A stretch of 61,207 bases of DNA, filler included, from Aduncisulcus paluster (GCA_024181965.1; 5 parts of 5 records of this genome joined end to end with filler, not necessarily neighbours in it); one strand, 5' to 3'. Positions 44,081 through 55,866 are shown, counted from the first letter of the whole stretch. The notes: generated from the letters alone by a model not told the origin. Numbers and translations: made by a program.

Positions 44081-44617
44081 TGTTATATACCAAAAGTATA
44101 TAATATCGGTTTATAGTTTAATTGTGTTTTATTTATACCAATATTATTATTTTGGTAATTTCTCATGGTGTCTATTTATAGATGTACGTTGTTCCGTTTA
44201 TTATAGTAAACTTGCTACGTTCAATACAATATTGATCAATATTTCAGTGAATGTTAACCGATCAGTTTGTGAAACCCCCTATGCTTTATAAGTTTGGAGC
44301 TTTTTACTTTCAAAAGTTTAAAGAAAAGTTGGAGAATTATAGAGCCCTAGGAGGAACTGCTCCGCTAGGTGTTCTGATCCAGCCAGACATTAAAGTCATC
44401 TATGAGAATGTCTGTGAGTGCTCACTGGAGAGCCCTGGAATGGTAGAGGCGGCGGGAAGTAGAGAGGAAGAAAGGACGCTTCTGAAAACAGTTTCCGATT
44501 ATTTTGGCCGGAAATCAGCTCTGGATACCCTATATGCGCTCGATAAGGTCAAGCTTTTCACAGTATCTACGGATTCGGTGACCAATTTCTGTCGAAAGTA
44601 TCGGAAGGCTATCCGAC
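44081..44617 (+). mobile_element. 5' LTR (44081-44228) plus gag start (44251) of an LTR retrotransposon, cut by contig end
   Basis: TGTTAT...AATACA; shares ATTTCTCATG.TG.CTATTT...TAAA.TTGC.ACGTT with the solo LTR; ORF F.EKLENYRALGG open to contig end. Confidence 0.7.
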
Positions 44618-44717
44618 NNNNNNNNNNNNNNNNNNNNNNNNNNNNNNNNNNNNNNNNNNNNTTAATTAATTAANNNNNNNNNNNNNNNNNNNNNNNNNNN
44701 NNNNNNNNNNNNNNNNN
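44618..44717. other. Artificial contig linker
   Basis: N44-TTAATTAATTAA-N44. Confidence 0.97.
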
Positions 44718-45381
44718 CTTCGAACACGAAGATAATAAGCGAGATATTTTGGAGAAAAGGGACTAGAATAATACAGAGAAAGGAATAAATTTTGTATATT
44801 ATTGATTGAGTGGGAGTAAAATCGAAGATGTTTGAAAAGGAACGGAGCCATGATTTCTTCTCACTACTGAACTCATTGAAATAAAACATGATAATGATAT
44901 ATTGAAAACTATCTTAGATATAGACGAAATAAACTCAGGCAAGTTGTATTTCGGATCAAAACAAGCGATTTTTTATCCCTGTTCTTGTACAAGTTTTATA
45001 TGGCATGGAATATGTATAGAAGAATACGATAATGTTATGGGGTGAGATATTTGCATATTGTGAGTCGCATTGGAACCGTGGATGCGGCTGAAAACTCGAA
45101 AACCACATTTGGCTCAATTCACACAGAAGGGGGCATATATAAAGTGTTAATTCTTCTTAAAACAGCTTTATAATGTCTGTTTCTATTGTCAAATCTCTGT
45201 ATATTTTCACATTCTGCCACTATTAAATAATGGAATTACTTAATAATCATTTGAAAATAAAAGCGAGAATTAAATTATTTTCTAAAAAAATGGACGGAAA
45301 TTATGGAGGATGTTTTGTATCCTGAGCCATTGTATAAATAAAATGTCCCTATATTTTTGATCCATACAACAAATTTAAAGA

Positions 45382-46869
45382 ATGAGTGGACTTATTAGTG
45401 GAGAATTAACATCATCTTCACTATGTTCAAGTGATAGAATATATAGATTATCGATGGATTCAAGGCAAAGAAAATATCAACAACGAAAAGATGAATATGA
45501 AAAGAAAGAGCTTGAAAGTTGTACCTTCACTCCAAAAATTAATCATAGAAGTAGTATGATGTCCGATTCCAGAACTCTAAGAGATCGAGTTGATGATCTT
45601 TCAAGAAGTAAGAAACACAAAAAGTTTTTACAGCGAAAATATCAATCTTCTCAACAATCTTTCACTCCTCAGATATCACAATATTCAAAACGATTGGCAG
45701 AGTCACGCGTTAGTTCATCATCAACCCAACCTGTCCATGAACGCTTGATTTATGAAGGAAAAGTGAGAGACCAAAAAAGGAGAAAACTCAGGGAAGAAAT
45801 TGCAAGGAAAACTGCAAGAGAATGTACTTTTACCCCATCTTTAGCCAAAGGAAGCCAAGATCTCTCCTCTTCTAGTTTCCCAAATTCTTCCTTCCAAGAT
45901 CGTCAACAGAAGTTTGTCAAGAAACGTGAATCTATTCACCAGCAAATGAAGCTTCAAGCATCGAAAGATTTCACCTTTACCCCGCAAATCGTTGGTGATG
46001 GTCGGCCTTCCACTGTAGATGTTGTTGAGAGGTTATCTGAAAGTGGAAGTCGCATCAAGCAGATTAGAAATGCAAGACAATTAAAATATTCACAAGGAAT
46101 GTCATTTACTCCATCAATTGATTCCCATTCTAAACAGTTAGCTTCAAAAAGAACATTCAATCCTGATTCAGCGTCTATTTTCAGCAGTGCCGATGAGATA
46201 AAGTTTAAGAGACGTGAAAGATGCAAGGAGTACGAAGATATTATGAAACTTAAATGCCCTTTCACACCATCTCTGCGGGATTCCCAGCATCGTGTTTATG
46301 CGGACAGTTTATTAAAGCAAGAAAGAATTCAGGAAACACTTGATGAAATCCAAGAGAGGAAAATGCTTAAGAATTTATCCCTTATGAAACAGAAACAAGA
46401 CGATGAAACACGTGAATGTAGCTTCCATCCCAAACTAATATCTTCTCCCCCTTCCCGTGAAACTTTCTCATCTCAAGTATCTTATTCGGGATATTCATCG
46501 GCACCCTCATCCGTTACTCCGAGGACCCCACGAGTCCAAGGTGTCAGCAAACATGTTGAAAGACAAATGAAGGGCAGAAGACTACGGGAAGAAAAGAAAC
46601 GTGCTTTAGAATGGTGCCCAGGTTCTTCCTCAGCCGTATCCCTTGCATCATCGTCTTATGCCGTCACATCACCGGTTCGTTCCGATCCACCAGTTCCATG
46701 TACCGTCCAAACACCCTTCAAACTTTCGATCGATCCCCTGGCATATTCACGTCGTAGACAGGCTGAAGAAGATGCCAGAAAGAGTAAGTATGGCGAGTGT
46801 AGCTTTACTCCAAAGACCTTACTTCCTCGAGAAGATATTTTGATGGAATGTTTAGACAGAGAAGAATGA
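45382..46869 (+). CDS. Basic protein with repeated (EC)xFxP motifs (putative cytoskeletal/flagellar)
   Basis: ESCTFTPKI, SFTPQI, ECTFTPSL, FTFTPQI, MSFTPSI, CPFTPSL, ECSFHPKL, ECSFTPK. Confidence 0.7.
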   Translation: MSGLISGELTSSSLCSSDRIYRLSMDSRQRKYQQRKDEYEKKELESCTFTPKINHRSSMMSDSRTLRDRVDDLSRSKKHKKFLQRKYQSSQQSFTPQISQYSKRLAESRVSSSSTQPVHERLIYEGKVRDQKRRKLREEIARKTARECTFTPSLAKGSQDLSSSSFPNSSFQDRQQKFVKKRESIHQQMKLQASKDFTFTPQIVGDGRPSTVDVVERLSESGSRIKQIRNARQLKYSQGMSFTPSIDSHSKQLASKRTFNPDSASIFSSADEIKFKRRERCKEYEDIMKLKCPFTPSLRDSQHRVYADSLLKQERIQETLDEIQERKMLKNLSLMKQKQDDETRECSFHPKLISSPPSRETFSSQVSYSGYSSAPSSVTPRTPRVQGVSKHVERQMKGRRLREEKKRALEWCPGSSSAVSLASSSYAVTSPVRSDPPVPCTVQTPFKLSIDPLAYSRRRQAEEDARKSKYGECSFTPKTLLPREDILMECLDREE

Positions 46870-47175
46870 AACGACATTAAAGATGTTAGTTAGACTTATT
46901 AGAAGGACATATCCTATATATATCGATTCAAATAGAGAGTTGTATTAGACATATGCATGATGAAACAACTATTGTATTTTTATATTTAAATTTTCATGCC
47001 ATAAAGAAGCATGAAAAGATTTCACCACCACTTTGATTTGCTTGAATCTGCAAATGAATCATTATTCAATTAAATTATTGTCAAATCTAAATAAATTCTT
47101 TTCTATTGTGACAAAACATTTTTTTGTGCTTATTCGGTTCTTTCGCAACTATTCAAAATTCAAGATAATTGAAAA

Positions 47176-48003
47176 ATGAATGTTAGTGATATTATAAGTT
47201 ATATTGAAGAACATTTTCCCTTGTCATGGGCTGAATCTTGGGATAATGCTGGGTTTCTTGTTGGTGATAAATCCCAGAGGATTACTAAGGTTTTGACATG
47301 TTTAGATATTACTGATGAGGTTGTTAACGAGGCTATTGAGAAGAAATGTGAAATGATTGTTTCTCACCATCCATTAATTTTTTCTGGTCTTAAACGTGTT
47401 GTAGCCTCTGATTTTTCTTCCGGAATTGTTTATAAATTAATTAAAAATTCTATTTCTGTTGCTTGCTATCATACAAATGTTGATGCGGCTATAGATGGCA
47501 CCAATGGAGAATTTGTTTCTCGTTTGTGTGAAGAATTAAAAATATCATACGATCTTTCTTCCATCCATGCAAAAAAAGATGATGAAGATCCGCGTTATCT
47601 TGGAGTGGGAGGTATAATCACCCTTTCTGAGGAGACAAATCTCTCTTCTCTCTCAAAATGTGCCCACAAAGTCTTAAGAGATGCTGGAAGTGTGGATGTT
47701 ATCCGTTGTGCCGGAGCCCCAGAGACTCCGATAAAAAAGATTGCAATTTGCACAGGTTCTGGGTTTTCTGTTGTCTCCAAAGTTGTTGCTGGTGTTGATT
47801 GTGTCATTACTGGCGATTCTAAATATCATGAAACACAAACTCTCTTAAAAAGAGGTGCCTGCTTGTGCGATTGTGGTCATCACGGAACTGAAATTATGTT
47901 TAGAGAAATGATGGCATCATTTTTGAAAAAGAAGTTTGCCTCATTGGAAATCCTTCCATCATCCAGTGAAGATTCAGTTTTTTGGAGTGAAATGGATAAA
48001 TGA
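47176..48003 (+). CDS. NIF3/YbgI (DUF34) dinuclear metal-centre protein
   Basis: AESWDNAGFLVG, IVSHHPLIF, YHTNVD, IAICTGSG, ITGD.KYH, DCGHHGTE. Confidence 0.92.
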   Translation: MNVSDIISYIEEHFPLSWAESWDNAGFLVGDKSQRITKVLTCLDITDEVVNEAIEKKCEMIVSHHPLIFSGLKRVVASDFSSGIVYKLIKNSISVACYHTNVDAAIDGTNGEFVSRLCEELKISYDLSSIHAKKDDEDPRYLGVGGIITLSEETNLSSLSKCAHKVLRDAGSVDVIRCAGAPETPIKKIAICTGSGFSVVSKVVAGVDCVITGDSKYHETQTLLKRGACLCDCGHHGTEIMFREMMASFLKKKFASLEILPSSSEDSVFWSEMDK

Positions 48004-48210
48004 TTTATTTTGGTGTTGAAAATACCTATTCATTAGAAATTGGACAAGTTCTTCCTCTTTTCTTAGTTTTCCATAAAGATAGAAATAAATGCATTTTATA
48101 TTTATTAAATCCCTTAGAATTATAAAATTATACATTTTTAATGATGTTTAAATGCCAGACTCATTCGATAATTCAAATATGATGTTTTTGCACTAGCACT
48201 AAGGTATTCA

Positions 48211-49925
48211 ATGAAATCTCTTCGTCATGCGGTGTCTCAAAACAAAAAAAGATATAAAGATGACAAGTTTGACCTTGATTTGAGCTGTATGTATTTTTTA
48301 TTGGTGTAGTTGCCTGTTATCCTTTGTTATTCCACCATATTTTACATAATTCAATAGATATTACTTCAAGAATTATTGCCATGGGATTCCCTGCTACCGG
48401 TGGTGAAGCTCTTTATCGGAATCCCTATAAAGATGTTAAAGATTTCCTAGATACCAAACATCCAAGAAATCATCGGGTCTACAATCTATGTTCTGAGTCT
48501 CATCGTCAATATACATCAACCTTCCACGAATATGCATGGTTTCCTTTCCCCGATCACAATCCACCTCCTTTTCAATATATTGAATTATTTTGCAGAAATG
48601 TTGAAGATTATCTAATGAAAGATCCAAAAAATATCATTGCTGTACATTGTAAAGCCGGCAAAAGTAGAACTGGTACAATGATTTGCTGCTTTTTACTTCA
48701 TTCTCATTTTTCATCATCAGCTCTATCAGCATTAACTTATTATGGCAAAGCCAGAACATCCAATGGTCACGGTGTAACAATTCCAAGCCAACGGCGTTAT
48801 ATTTTCCTTTACGAGGAGTATCTCAAGCGAAAGCGTGCATATGAGCTTAAACATCACTCGTCTCATGGCGTTTTTCCATATATTTCTCAACATAATATTC
48901 TTGATTTTAGCGCCATTAAGCTTAAATCCGCATTTATTGGGCCCTTTTACAATGGTATTAAGAAGATAAAACTTCGTATCGTTAAGTTCTCACCGCTCTA
49001 CTATTCCGATGATGCTGTCCACGTTCCGAAAGGCCATGAAATTGTGATAGAATGTCCAATATCTTCCAAGAATAATACTGCCATGCTATCTTTAAGCGGA
49101 ACCGATGGGTTATTTTGTGGTGATATCCTAGTTCAGATGTATGTGACTGGGAAATTGTATAATTCTGAGTCAAAAAGATATAAAAAGGCAAAACATTATT
49201 ATCTTGGACAATTTTGGCTCAATACGGCATTTTTAGATCAAAATATCTCAATGGATGTTGGTACCATTGATAAACTATGTAAAAAATCACGAAAACGTTA
49301 TGTTCCTGGATATTTTAGTGTTAGTTTAGGGTTTATTCGCTTGAATCCACTTTCCCCACATCCTGAGAGACCATATGCCATGGATGATGAAGTGAAACTT
49401 GCTTTAGCTGAAGCCAAGAGAATAGTCATGAGAAAAGAAGTGTTAAAAGAGACCGATCAGGATGATTTGATTGGACAAATGGCTGGAGTCGGAGTTGATT
49501 CCAAAGAGGCTGTTTCACCTGATATATTGGGAATGAAGCCTTTAGATTCTGTAAGAATAGAATCTAAAGACAAGAGTGATTGTCCAAAAGAAGATCTTGA
49601 GAAAGAAAGTGCTATATCGCGAAAGGAGGATATTGATGGACTCTCTGTTCTTGATGATGGCAAAGAGTCTCTTATCTCGAGTCCAATATTGTCATTATCG
49701 TCGACTTCTCCTTATGTAGCAAGTATTTCATCTTCAGAGGCAGAGAAACCAAGGTCTTACTCATTGATTGGCGGATTAGCTGGGGATCGAGTTGCTCTCG
49801 ATTCTTCTGACCTTGACCTCGATAGTAGGACAAAGGATGATGAAATGACTGACGAAGAAACAGACTCTGAGACAGATAGAGATCCATTAGCAGAAATGGA
49901 TCGAGTTAGGGCAAAGTTGGGCTGA
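48211..49925 (+). CDS. PTEN: PTEN-family phosphatase; exons 48211-48286 and 48358-49925
   Basis: AVSQNKKRYKDDKFDLDLS|YITSRIIAMGFP; VYNLC; FPDHNPP; HCKAGKSRTG; GVTIPSQRRY; FWLNTAF; intron 48287-48357 GTATGT..TAG. Confidence 0.9.
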
Positions 49926-50440
49926 TTTTATCATCATTGTTAATATTTTTCAACATTNNNNNNNNNNNNNNNNNNNNTCCTTATGTAGCAAGTATTTCAT
50001 CTTCAGAGGCAGAGAAACCAAGGTCTTACTCATTGATTGGCGGATTAGCTGGGGATCGAGTTGCTCTCGATTCTTCTGACCTTGACCTCGATAGTAGGAC
50101 AAAGGATGATGAAATGACTGACGAAGAAACAGACTCTGAGACAGATAGAGATCCATTAGCAGAAATGGATCGAGTTAGGGCAAAGTTGGGCTGATTTTAT
50201 CATCATTGTTAATATTTTTCAACATTTCAAAAATAATTGGATTTATCAAGAAATATTATTTAAATAAAAGTGTATTTACATGGTAAATTACGCCTTAGAT
50301 TTCGAGATATACAAAAAGTTAGCGATTTCTTCGAAATTAACGATTTAAACCGAAGTATTGATAGCATATTTTGTAAAATAATATTACATTTTGAGGTATA
50401 TTTTATATTTTTACTTGTATAATTAAATAGAATAATAATA

Positions 50441-52510
50441 ATGATAAGTGAAAGGCAAAAGTCTATCTGCGTCCCGCCTTCACCAATACTTCGCCAAAAT
50501 GAAACATTAATTCAAGGATTTAAAACATCTCCATTCTCTATTGCCCCCATATTAACATCAAAACTATCTCAATCGGCCACTATTCCAAGAATGCGGCCCA
50601 AAATCGATACTCAAGCCATTGAAACTTCTAAAGACAATGCGATGTTTCAAAGTATTTTGTGTGAAATATATAAAAAGCCAGATGTGTGTGATAAAGCGGT
50701 TCAATACGTTGCTGAAGCTCCAGATGGGGAAGGAAAAGCTCTTAGTGCCCTTGAATCAGCTCTTACAATTCGCTCGCTTCAACAACAAATTCAGGAATTA
50801 AAACAACAAGAACGTAAATCGAAAGCTCATGGGATTGCATTACGTGGAATTGGACTATCTCCCCGTGATAATGAGGTTGACCGGCTCAAAAGAATGCTTC
50901 ATGAGAAAGATATTGTAATCACTCGGCTTGAACATGAAGTTGCGACAGCATCTGCAACAGCTGCCATTCAGAAACAGCGAGAAGATACCATGAGGCGTTT
51001 GGACCTGCTCACGAAGAAAGAACGCGATAGAACAATGAAAGAACGAGAAAGTACACAAAAATTAAAATCACAACTTCGCCAATTAACGTTAGCCACTGAA
51101 GAGCAAGCTGCCAATGTGCATGAACGAGAAATGAGAGTTGAGGAAGAGGAAGAGCGTCAGAGACGTCGTCGGAAAGTTGTTGTTGGTTCCAGGAGTCAAC
51201 CTTTGCTTCACCGTGAGTTAGATGTGATGCAAGGCAGTCGGAAAGGTCAGAGATCCTCCTCTGGTGTAAGAGGAATCATTGGTCGCGAAGAAGGGGATAA
51301 ATATCACTCTGTTTCACATAACCCCGGGGGATCCTCTGAAACTGAAGATGAGGAACAGTTCTTTGACGATGCTCTTCTTGAAATAAGTCGTAGAAATGAA
51401 GAACTCATCCATCACGTTTCCACCCTTCAAACTCAACTTACAAGGCACCAACAACAGGCCAAAGACAAAGAACGCATTCTTAACGTACAAATTAAGGATC
51501 TTCAAGACTTTAACAAACAACTTAAGAAGAAAGTAAGGGAGCTTCAGACTCAGTCCCGTTCCTATATGATTGAAGCCAAGCAGCTGCAAGCTGAGAAGGA
51601 AGGTGTCCGTGAACAACTTGATGTTGTGAGAGAAAAGATGATTAATAGCGGTATGGTTGACGATCAAAATGATGTGGCCAGTTCTAGTGGAGTTTGTGGA
51701 ACTAGTGGAATAATTGCCAAAGTTCCTGGGCATATTGTGGGCCCTTCAGAAGCTATCGATGATCCGAGAATGCCTCGAGGAGCAGATAGCGCAGGGATAG
51801 CCTCTCTTCGTGCGACTTGGATGAAGCGACTTGTGGAGATCAATCAACTAATCTCTGGTCTGAAAGAAATTGATTCCTACATCAAAAAGCAGCAAAGTGC
51901 TGGCCAATTGATACAAGGTGGTCAATACAATCGGTCCCGAACCCACACTCCAAGACCCTTTTCTCGATCTACTCATACTCCCCGTCCTCCTTCCGCTTAC
52001 TCTCGGCCACAATCTCGAACACACACACCTCGTCCTTTCTCGCGCGGAATGCATGGTAGTCGTAATAATCCATTCCCGCCTTCAGGGTCACAATCAACCC
52101 AGGCTGCCCTCTCCGCGGCTGCGTCCGCAGCTGGGATGTCCTCTATTGGAGGTGAAGGGAAACGCCGTGCTCCACCAATAGCACCTGCAAAAATATCCTC
52201 CGATCTTCTCAGATCTATTTTTGGCGTTGTCTCTGATGAAGGTTTGAGAATGATGGATAGTGTTATTCGAGATTCCAAACGACTCCATTCCATTCCTCCT
52301 GAAGATATTTCCTTACCAAAAGCTCCTGTTGCTGATATTCGGCATCAAGATCACAGTGAATTTCGAAGTGCAAGTCGAAGTATGCTCAGGAAAGAAGATC
52401 TTAGAGGCATCACCGTGTCTCCAACACCTGGTCTCTTTACGATGGGACATCATCAACCGGGCAACAATGTTCTATCCCACGATTACGACGATAGGAGTGG
52501 GTTTATTTGA
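50441..52510 (+). CDS. Coiled-coil protein with SRxHTPRP repeats
   Basis: 689-aa ORF, heptad-rich, three HTPRP repeats. Confidence 0.7.
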   Translation: MISERQKSICVPPSPILRQNETLIQGFKTSPFSIAPILTSKLSQSATIPRMRPKIDTQAIETSKDNAMFQSILCEIYKKPDVCDKAVQYVAEAPDGEGKALSALESALTIRSLQQQIQELKQQERKSKAHGIALRGIGLSPRDNEVDRLKRMLHEKDIVITRLEHEVATASATAAIQKQREDTMRRLDLLTKKERDRTMKERESTQKLKSQLRQLTLATEEQAANVHEREMRVEEEEERQRRRRKVVVGSRSQPLLHRELDVMQGSRKGQRSSSGVRGIIGREEGDKYHSVSHNPGGSSETEDEEQFFDDALLEISRRNEELIHHVSTLQTQLTRHQQQAKDKERILNVQIKDLQDFNKQLKKKVRELQTQSRSYMIEAKQLQAEKEGVREQLDVVREKMINSGMVDDQNDVASSSGVCGTSGIIAKVPGHIVGPSEAIDDPRMPRGADSAGIASLRATWMKRLVEINQLISGLKEIDSYIKKQQSAGQLIQGGQYNRSRTHTPRPFSRSTHTPRPPSAYSRPQSRTHTPRPFSRGMHGSRNNPFPPSGSQSTQAALSAAASAAGMSSIGGEGKRRAPPIAPAKISSDLLRSIFGVVSDEGLRMMDSVIRDSKRLHSIPPEDISLPKAPVADIRHQDHSEFRSASRSMLRKEDLRGITVSPTPGLFTMGHHQPGNNVLSHDYDDRSGFI

Positions 52511-53018
52511 AAAAAACCTTTCGCCATTGAATATTGATCTGTTTTCCAATAAATGTCACATTTACTAAATGCTTAGTATGCAATATCGTCAGAAAGTAAG
52601 CAATCTATCGTAGGTGTTCAATAGTGTGTCCCACACCATCTATCAGCAGTGCTGTTAGTTAATATTTGGAGTATGAGTTACTATTTCTTCATGCTATAAT
52701 TCAAAGTCAAGCATCATGCTCTCCATTGATTGTTCAGTCCTCCATTTTTTCGATTTCTTGGCAAACAAGCAAATTGTATGTTTACTATATGTCGAATCTT
52801 TTATTAAATGTATATTAAGAAATATTTTAACCGGATTCATTCAATTATACTCACTATATTGCGCTGTGTGGTCGTTTCTTATTCGTTTTGTTAGTTTTGT
52901 CTTTGTTTCTCGGACTGTTCTCCTTGAAATTCGCATTCATTCCGTTTGTTCACAAATACTAATATTATTCTGCTTGTTTTTATTTTTTTTTAGATAAGAT
53001 ATTCCATCTCTATTCAAA

Positions 53019-54110
53019 ATGAGTTCATCCACAGATGCTGTTATTCAAACCGTGGAACCTGAGTTTATTCATGAAGGAGATGAGAGTTGCTGTCTAATTC
53101 CTCGAGATGCCCCCAATATTAAGAGTGCAGCATTTCCAACAATCAAAGCAATTGATGGAACCGAGGAAGAAGGTGATAGAAAGTACGATCTGAGTTCTGA
53201 AGCACAAAAGATGATGAAAGGAGAGTTGAATTATGGACAATTTACCCATATCTCCATTCCTTTCTCTTCATCTTCCCCAATGAAAGGGGCTTATATCTGT
53301 CTAAGTGGTGTTACTAATTCTTTACCTCCATCACACCTTATCTTCACTCTCACATCTTCAAAGGGTGAGAAAACATCCAAGAAATACGAATTTCCTGAAT
53401 TTAAAGGATATCGTTGGTATTTCCTTCCTGTTGATCTCCCTGATGTTGTTCTGTGTGAGATTACGGGGAAAGCAAGAGGGGAAGAGTATTTTGATATCGA
53501 ATCCCTTGTTTTTATTAGTAGAGAAGAAACCCCTGAAGAAATGAAATCTCGTGAAGCCAGAGATAAACTATGGTCTGAAACTCCAGTTGTGAAACCAGAG
53601 TTTGTTAAGGAAGGTGGTATAAAATCTATTCCCATTCCGCGTGATGATCCAAAGCTTGTTGATCCTTCATTCTCAATGGTTAAGTCCAAGGATGATTCGT
53701 ATAGTAAGGAATCTATGTGGTATGATCAGAGTTCAAGAGCACAAAAAATGTTAAAAGGAGAATGTAATTTATCCTTATCCCACCTTTCCATCCCTTTCTC
53801 ATCACCTAGTCCAATGAAAGGTGCTTATATCTGTGTTCATAGGTATGACAGTTCACCCTCTCTTCTCTTCACTTTCACTGATTGTGATGGTAAGAAGAGA
53901 TCCAAGAAGTATGAATTCACAGAACCTGAACATTCATATGAATGGTACTTCCTTCCTATTGATTTGGATAATGTTGTATTGTGTGAGATTGAAGGGAAAG
54001 GAATGTGGGATGAGACGAATAGTCGATGTTTCGAAATCACCTCCCTTGTATTTACTATGCCCGAGGAAACCATTGCAGCTGAACGATTATCTCTACTTCC
54101 ATGGAAATAA
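53019..54110 (+). CDS. Lineage-specific family protein with two tandem domains, C-terminal ERLSLLPWK
   Basis: Internal duplication (VxPEF..EG..IPRDxP..SIPFSS.SPMKGAYIC..KKYEF..WYFLP.D...VVLCEI). Confidence 0.8.
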   Translation: MSSSTDAVIQTVEPEFIHEGDESCCLIPRDAPNIKSAAFPTIKAIDGTEEEGDRKYDLSSEAQKMMKGELNYGQFTHISIPFSSSSPMKGAYICLSGVTNSLPPSHLIFTLTSSKGEKTSKKYEFPEFKGYRWYFLPVDLPDVVLCEITGKARGEEYFDIESLVFISREETPEEMKSREARDKLWSETPVVKPEFVKEGGIKSIPIPRDDPKLVDPSFSMVKSKDDSYSKESMWYDQSSRAQKMLKGECNLSLSHLSIPFSSPSPMKGAYICVHRYDSSPSLLFTFTDCDGKKRSKKYEFTEPEHSYEWYFLPIDLDNVVLCEIEGKGMWDETNSRCFEITSLVFTMPEETIAAERLSLLPWK

Positions 54111-54375
54111 TCCGATAATACTGATATTTTCTGCAAAGAAGGACAATGTTCTTTTATTCCCTTGCGTCTGTCGCGTGTCAGTCTTCTCAGAAATAGTCGT
54201 TTGTCAGATGTGTGATATGAATGCACATGAGATTCTGATTCAGTATACTATACTAAACATTGAGAGATAAAATGAAGCGATAAAACAAAACAATACGATA
54301 CATTATCAGGCCATCTCGATCCATAAAAACGAAATTACCGATTATTCTTCGTTATCGTTTCTTGATTCTTATTAA

Positions 54376-55766
54376 TCATTGATTGGACTCCCTATTTAGT
54401 AAACCAAATGCAATAATATTATATATGTATAAAAAATAATTAAAAAAAAAAAAACTACTCACAGACTTACTTTTCAAGGGCAAAAGACACCTTCTTTTCA
54501 ACTCTCTGGGGCACCGATTCCACATCATGTATGAATTCAGGTTCATCACAAACTCGTCTTTTAGAAGCGGGTGTAACAATTCCTTCCATGCCGAAAGAAG
54601 AAGGATTTGTTTCATGTGTTTGATAAGATGAAGAGGAAGATGAGGAAGAAGGCAAAGCATTTGGTGGTCGAGAAACTGTTGATTCTGAAGAGGTCAAACT
54701 CCACACCTTCTCTTCGAGCGGTTGTATCTTATAGGCAGTATCCATAATCTTTGAGTTGACTTTCCGAAGTGATCTTCGAAGTTCATTCAAACCCATTGTC
54801 GACGTTTCGACTTCATGTTTTAGGATATCGTCAATGCTTGAAACTTTCTTGGTGACCGCAGTTAAATGGTCCCGAATCGTCTTGATATCCATTTCATTTT
54901 TTTTCTGTGTTTGAGTAATAACCTGAAGTTTTGAAGCAACTTCTAGTTGCATTTCTTGCTTAATTTTCTCAATATCAGCGTCAAGACGGCGTTTGGTTGC
55001 GAGACGCTGTTTAACGATATCCTCTTTGAGCTGAGTTAATTGACCCATTTCGGTACTGACCTTTGTCTCGAATGCAGCAATCGATGACGCTAACCTTGCC
55101 GATTGGGTTTCAATGCGAGTTCTTTCCATTTCCATCTCAGACTTAGAGTGCTGAATCTGTTGGTTGAGTTTCTCATAAGATTCCATTCTATTCTTCCACT
55201 TCTCTTCTTCTTCTTCAGATAATCGTTTTTTGATCTGTTCTCTAACCATTTCTTCTCTCCTCCTCTTCGATCTTTTCTCTTCTTCATCATCTTTCTGTTT
55301 TTTCAAGCTGGCTTGAACTTTCTCTTTTTCTTTAATTTTCCTTTCTTTTTCTTTCTCTTTCTCCCTTTCTTTCCCCCTTTCTTTTCCTTGTTGAATCATT
55401 CGATCTTTTGATTTCTTCCCATCTTCGATTTTCTGATCATTTTTAATACTTTCATTCTGGGCCTTTGCAGCTTCCTGAGCGATAGACTTGAACTGGTTCC
55501 GCATTTTTTCCCGCCTTTTCTCGGGAATTCCGAATGTATAGAGAGGGTAATGTATCAAAGCTATGAGAACAGGGAGACGGACAAGAACACGGGATACAAG
55601 ATCATGCGAAAAAACATATAAGGAAGTTCTCGCCTCGTCTTCATACACAAGCTCAAATTCAGACTTTTCTTTTTGTGTTGAACTATCTTTAGATTTTGAG
55701 AAAGAAGAAGACGATGCTTTAACTTTATCTGCAGAAGGACGTAAAGAGCACCCACAATATTGTCTT
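54376..55766 (-). CDS. Coiled-coil protein (5' cut by contig end); probable 3' intron 54392-54470
   Basis: Frame open from contig end; GTAAGT...TACTAAATAG splice gives ..LEK-ESNQ*. Confidence 0.6.
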
Positions 55767-55866
55767 NNNNNNNNNNNNNNNNNNNNNNNNNNNNNNNNNN
55801 NNNNNNNNNNTTAATTAATTAANNNNNNNNNNNNNNNNNNNNNNNNNNNNNNNNNNNNNNNNNNNN
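55767..55866. other. Artificial contig linker
   Basis: N44-TTAATTAATTAA-N44. Confidence 0.97.

Noticed and set aside
28900-44617. Polinton, virophage or giant-virus insertion, or Fanzor locus
   Set aside because: No recognisable pPolB, capsid, packaging ATPase or RuvC motifs
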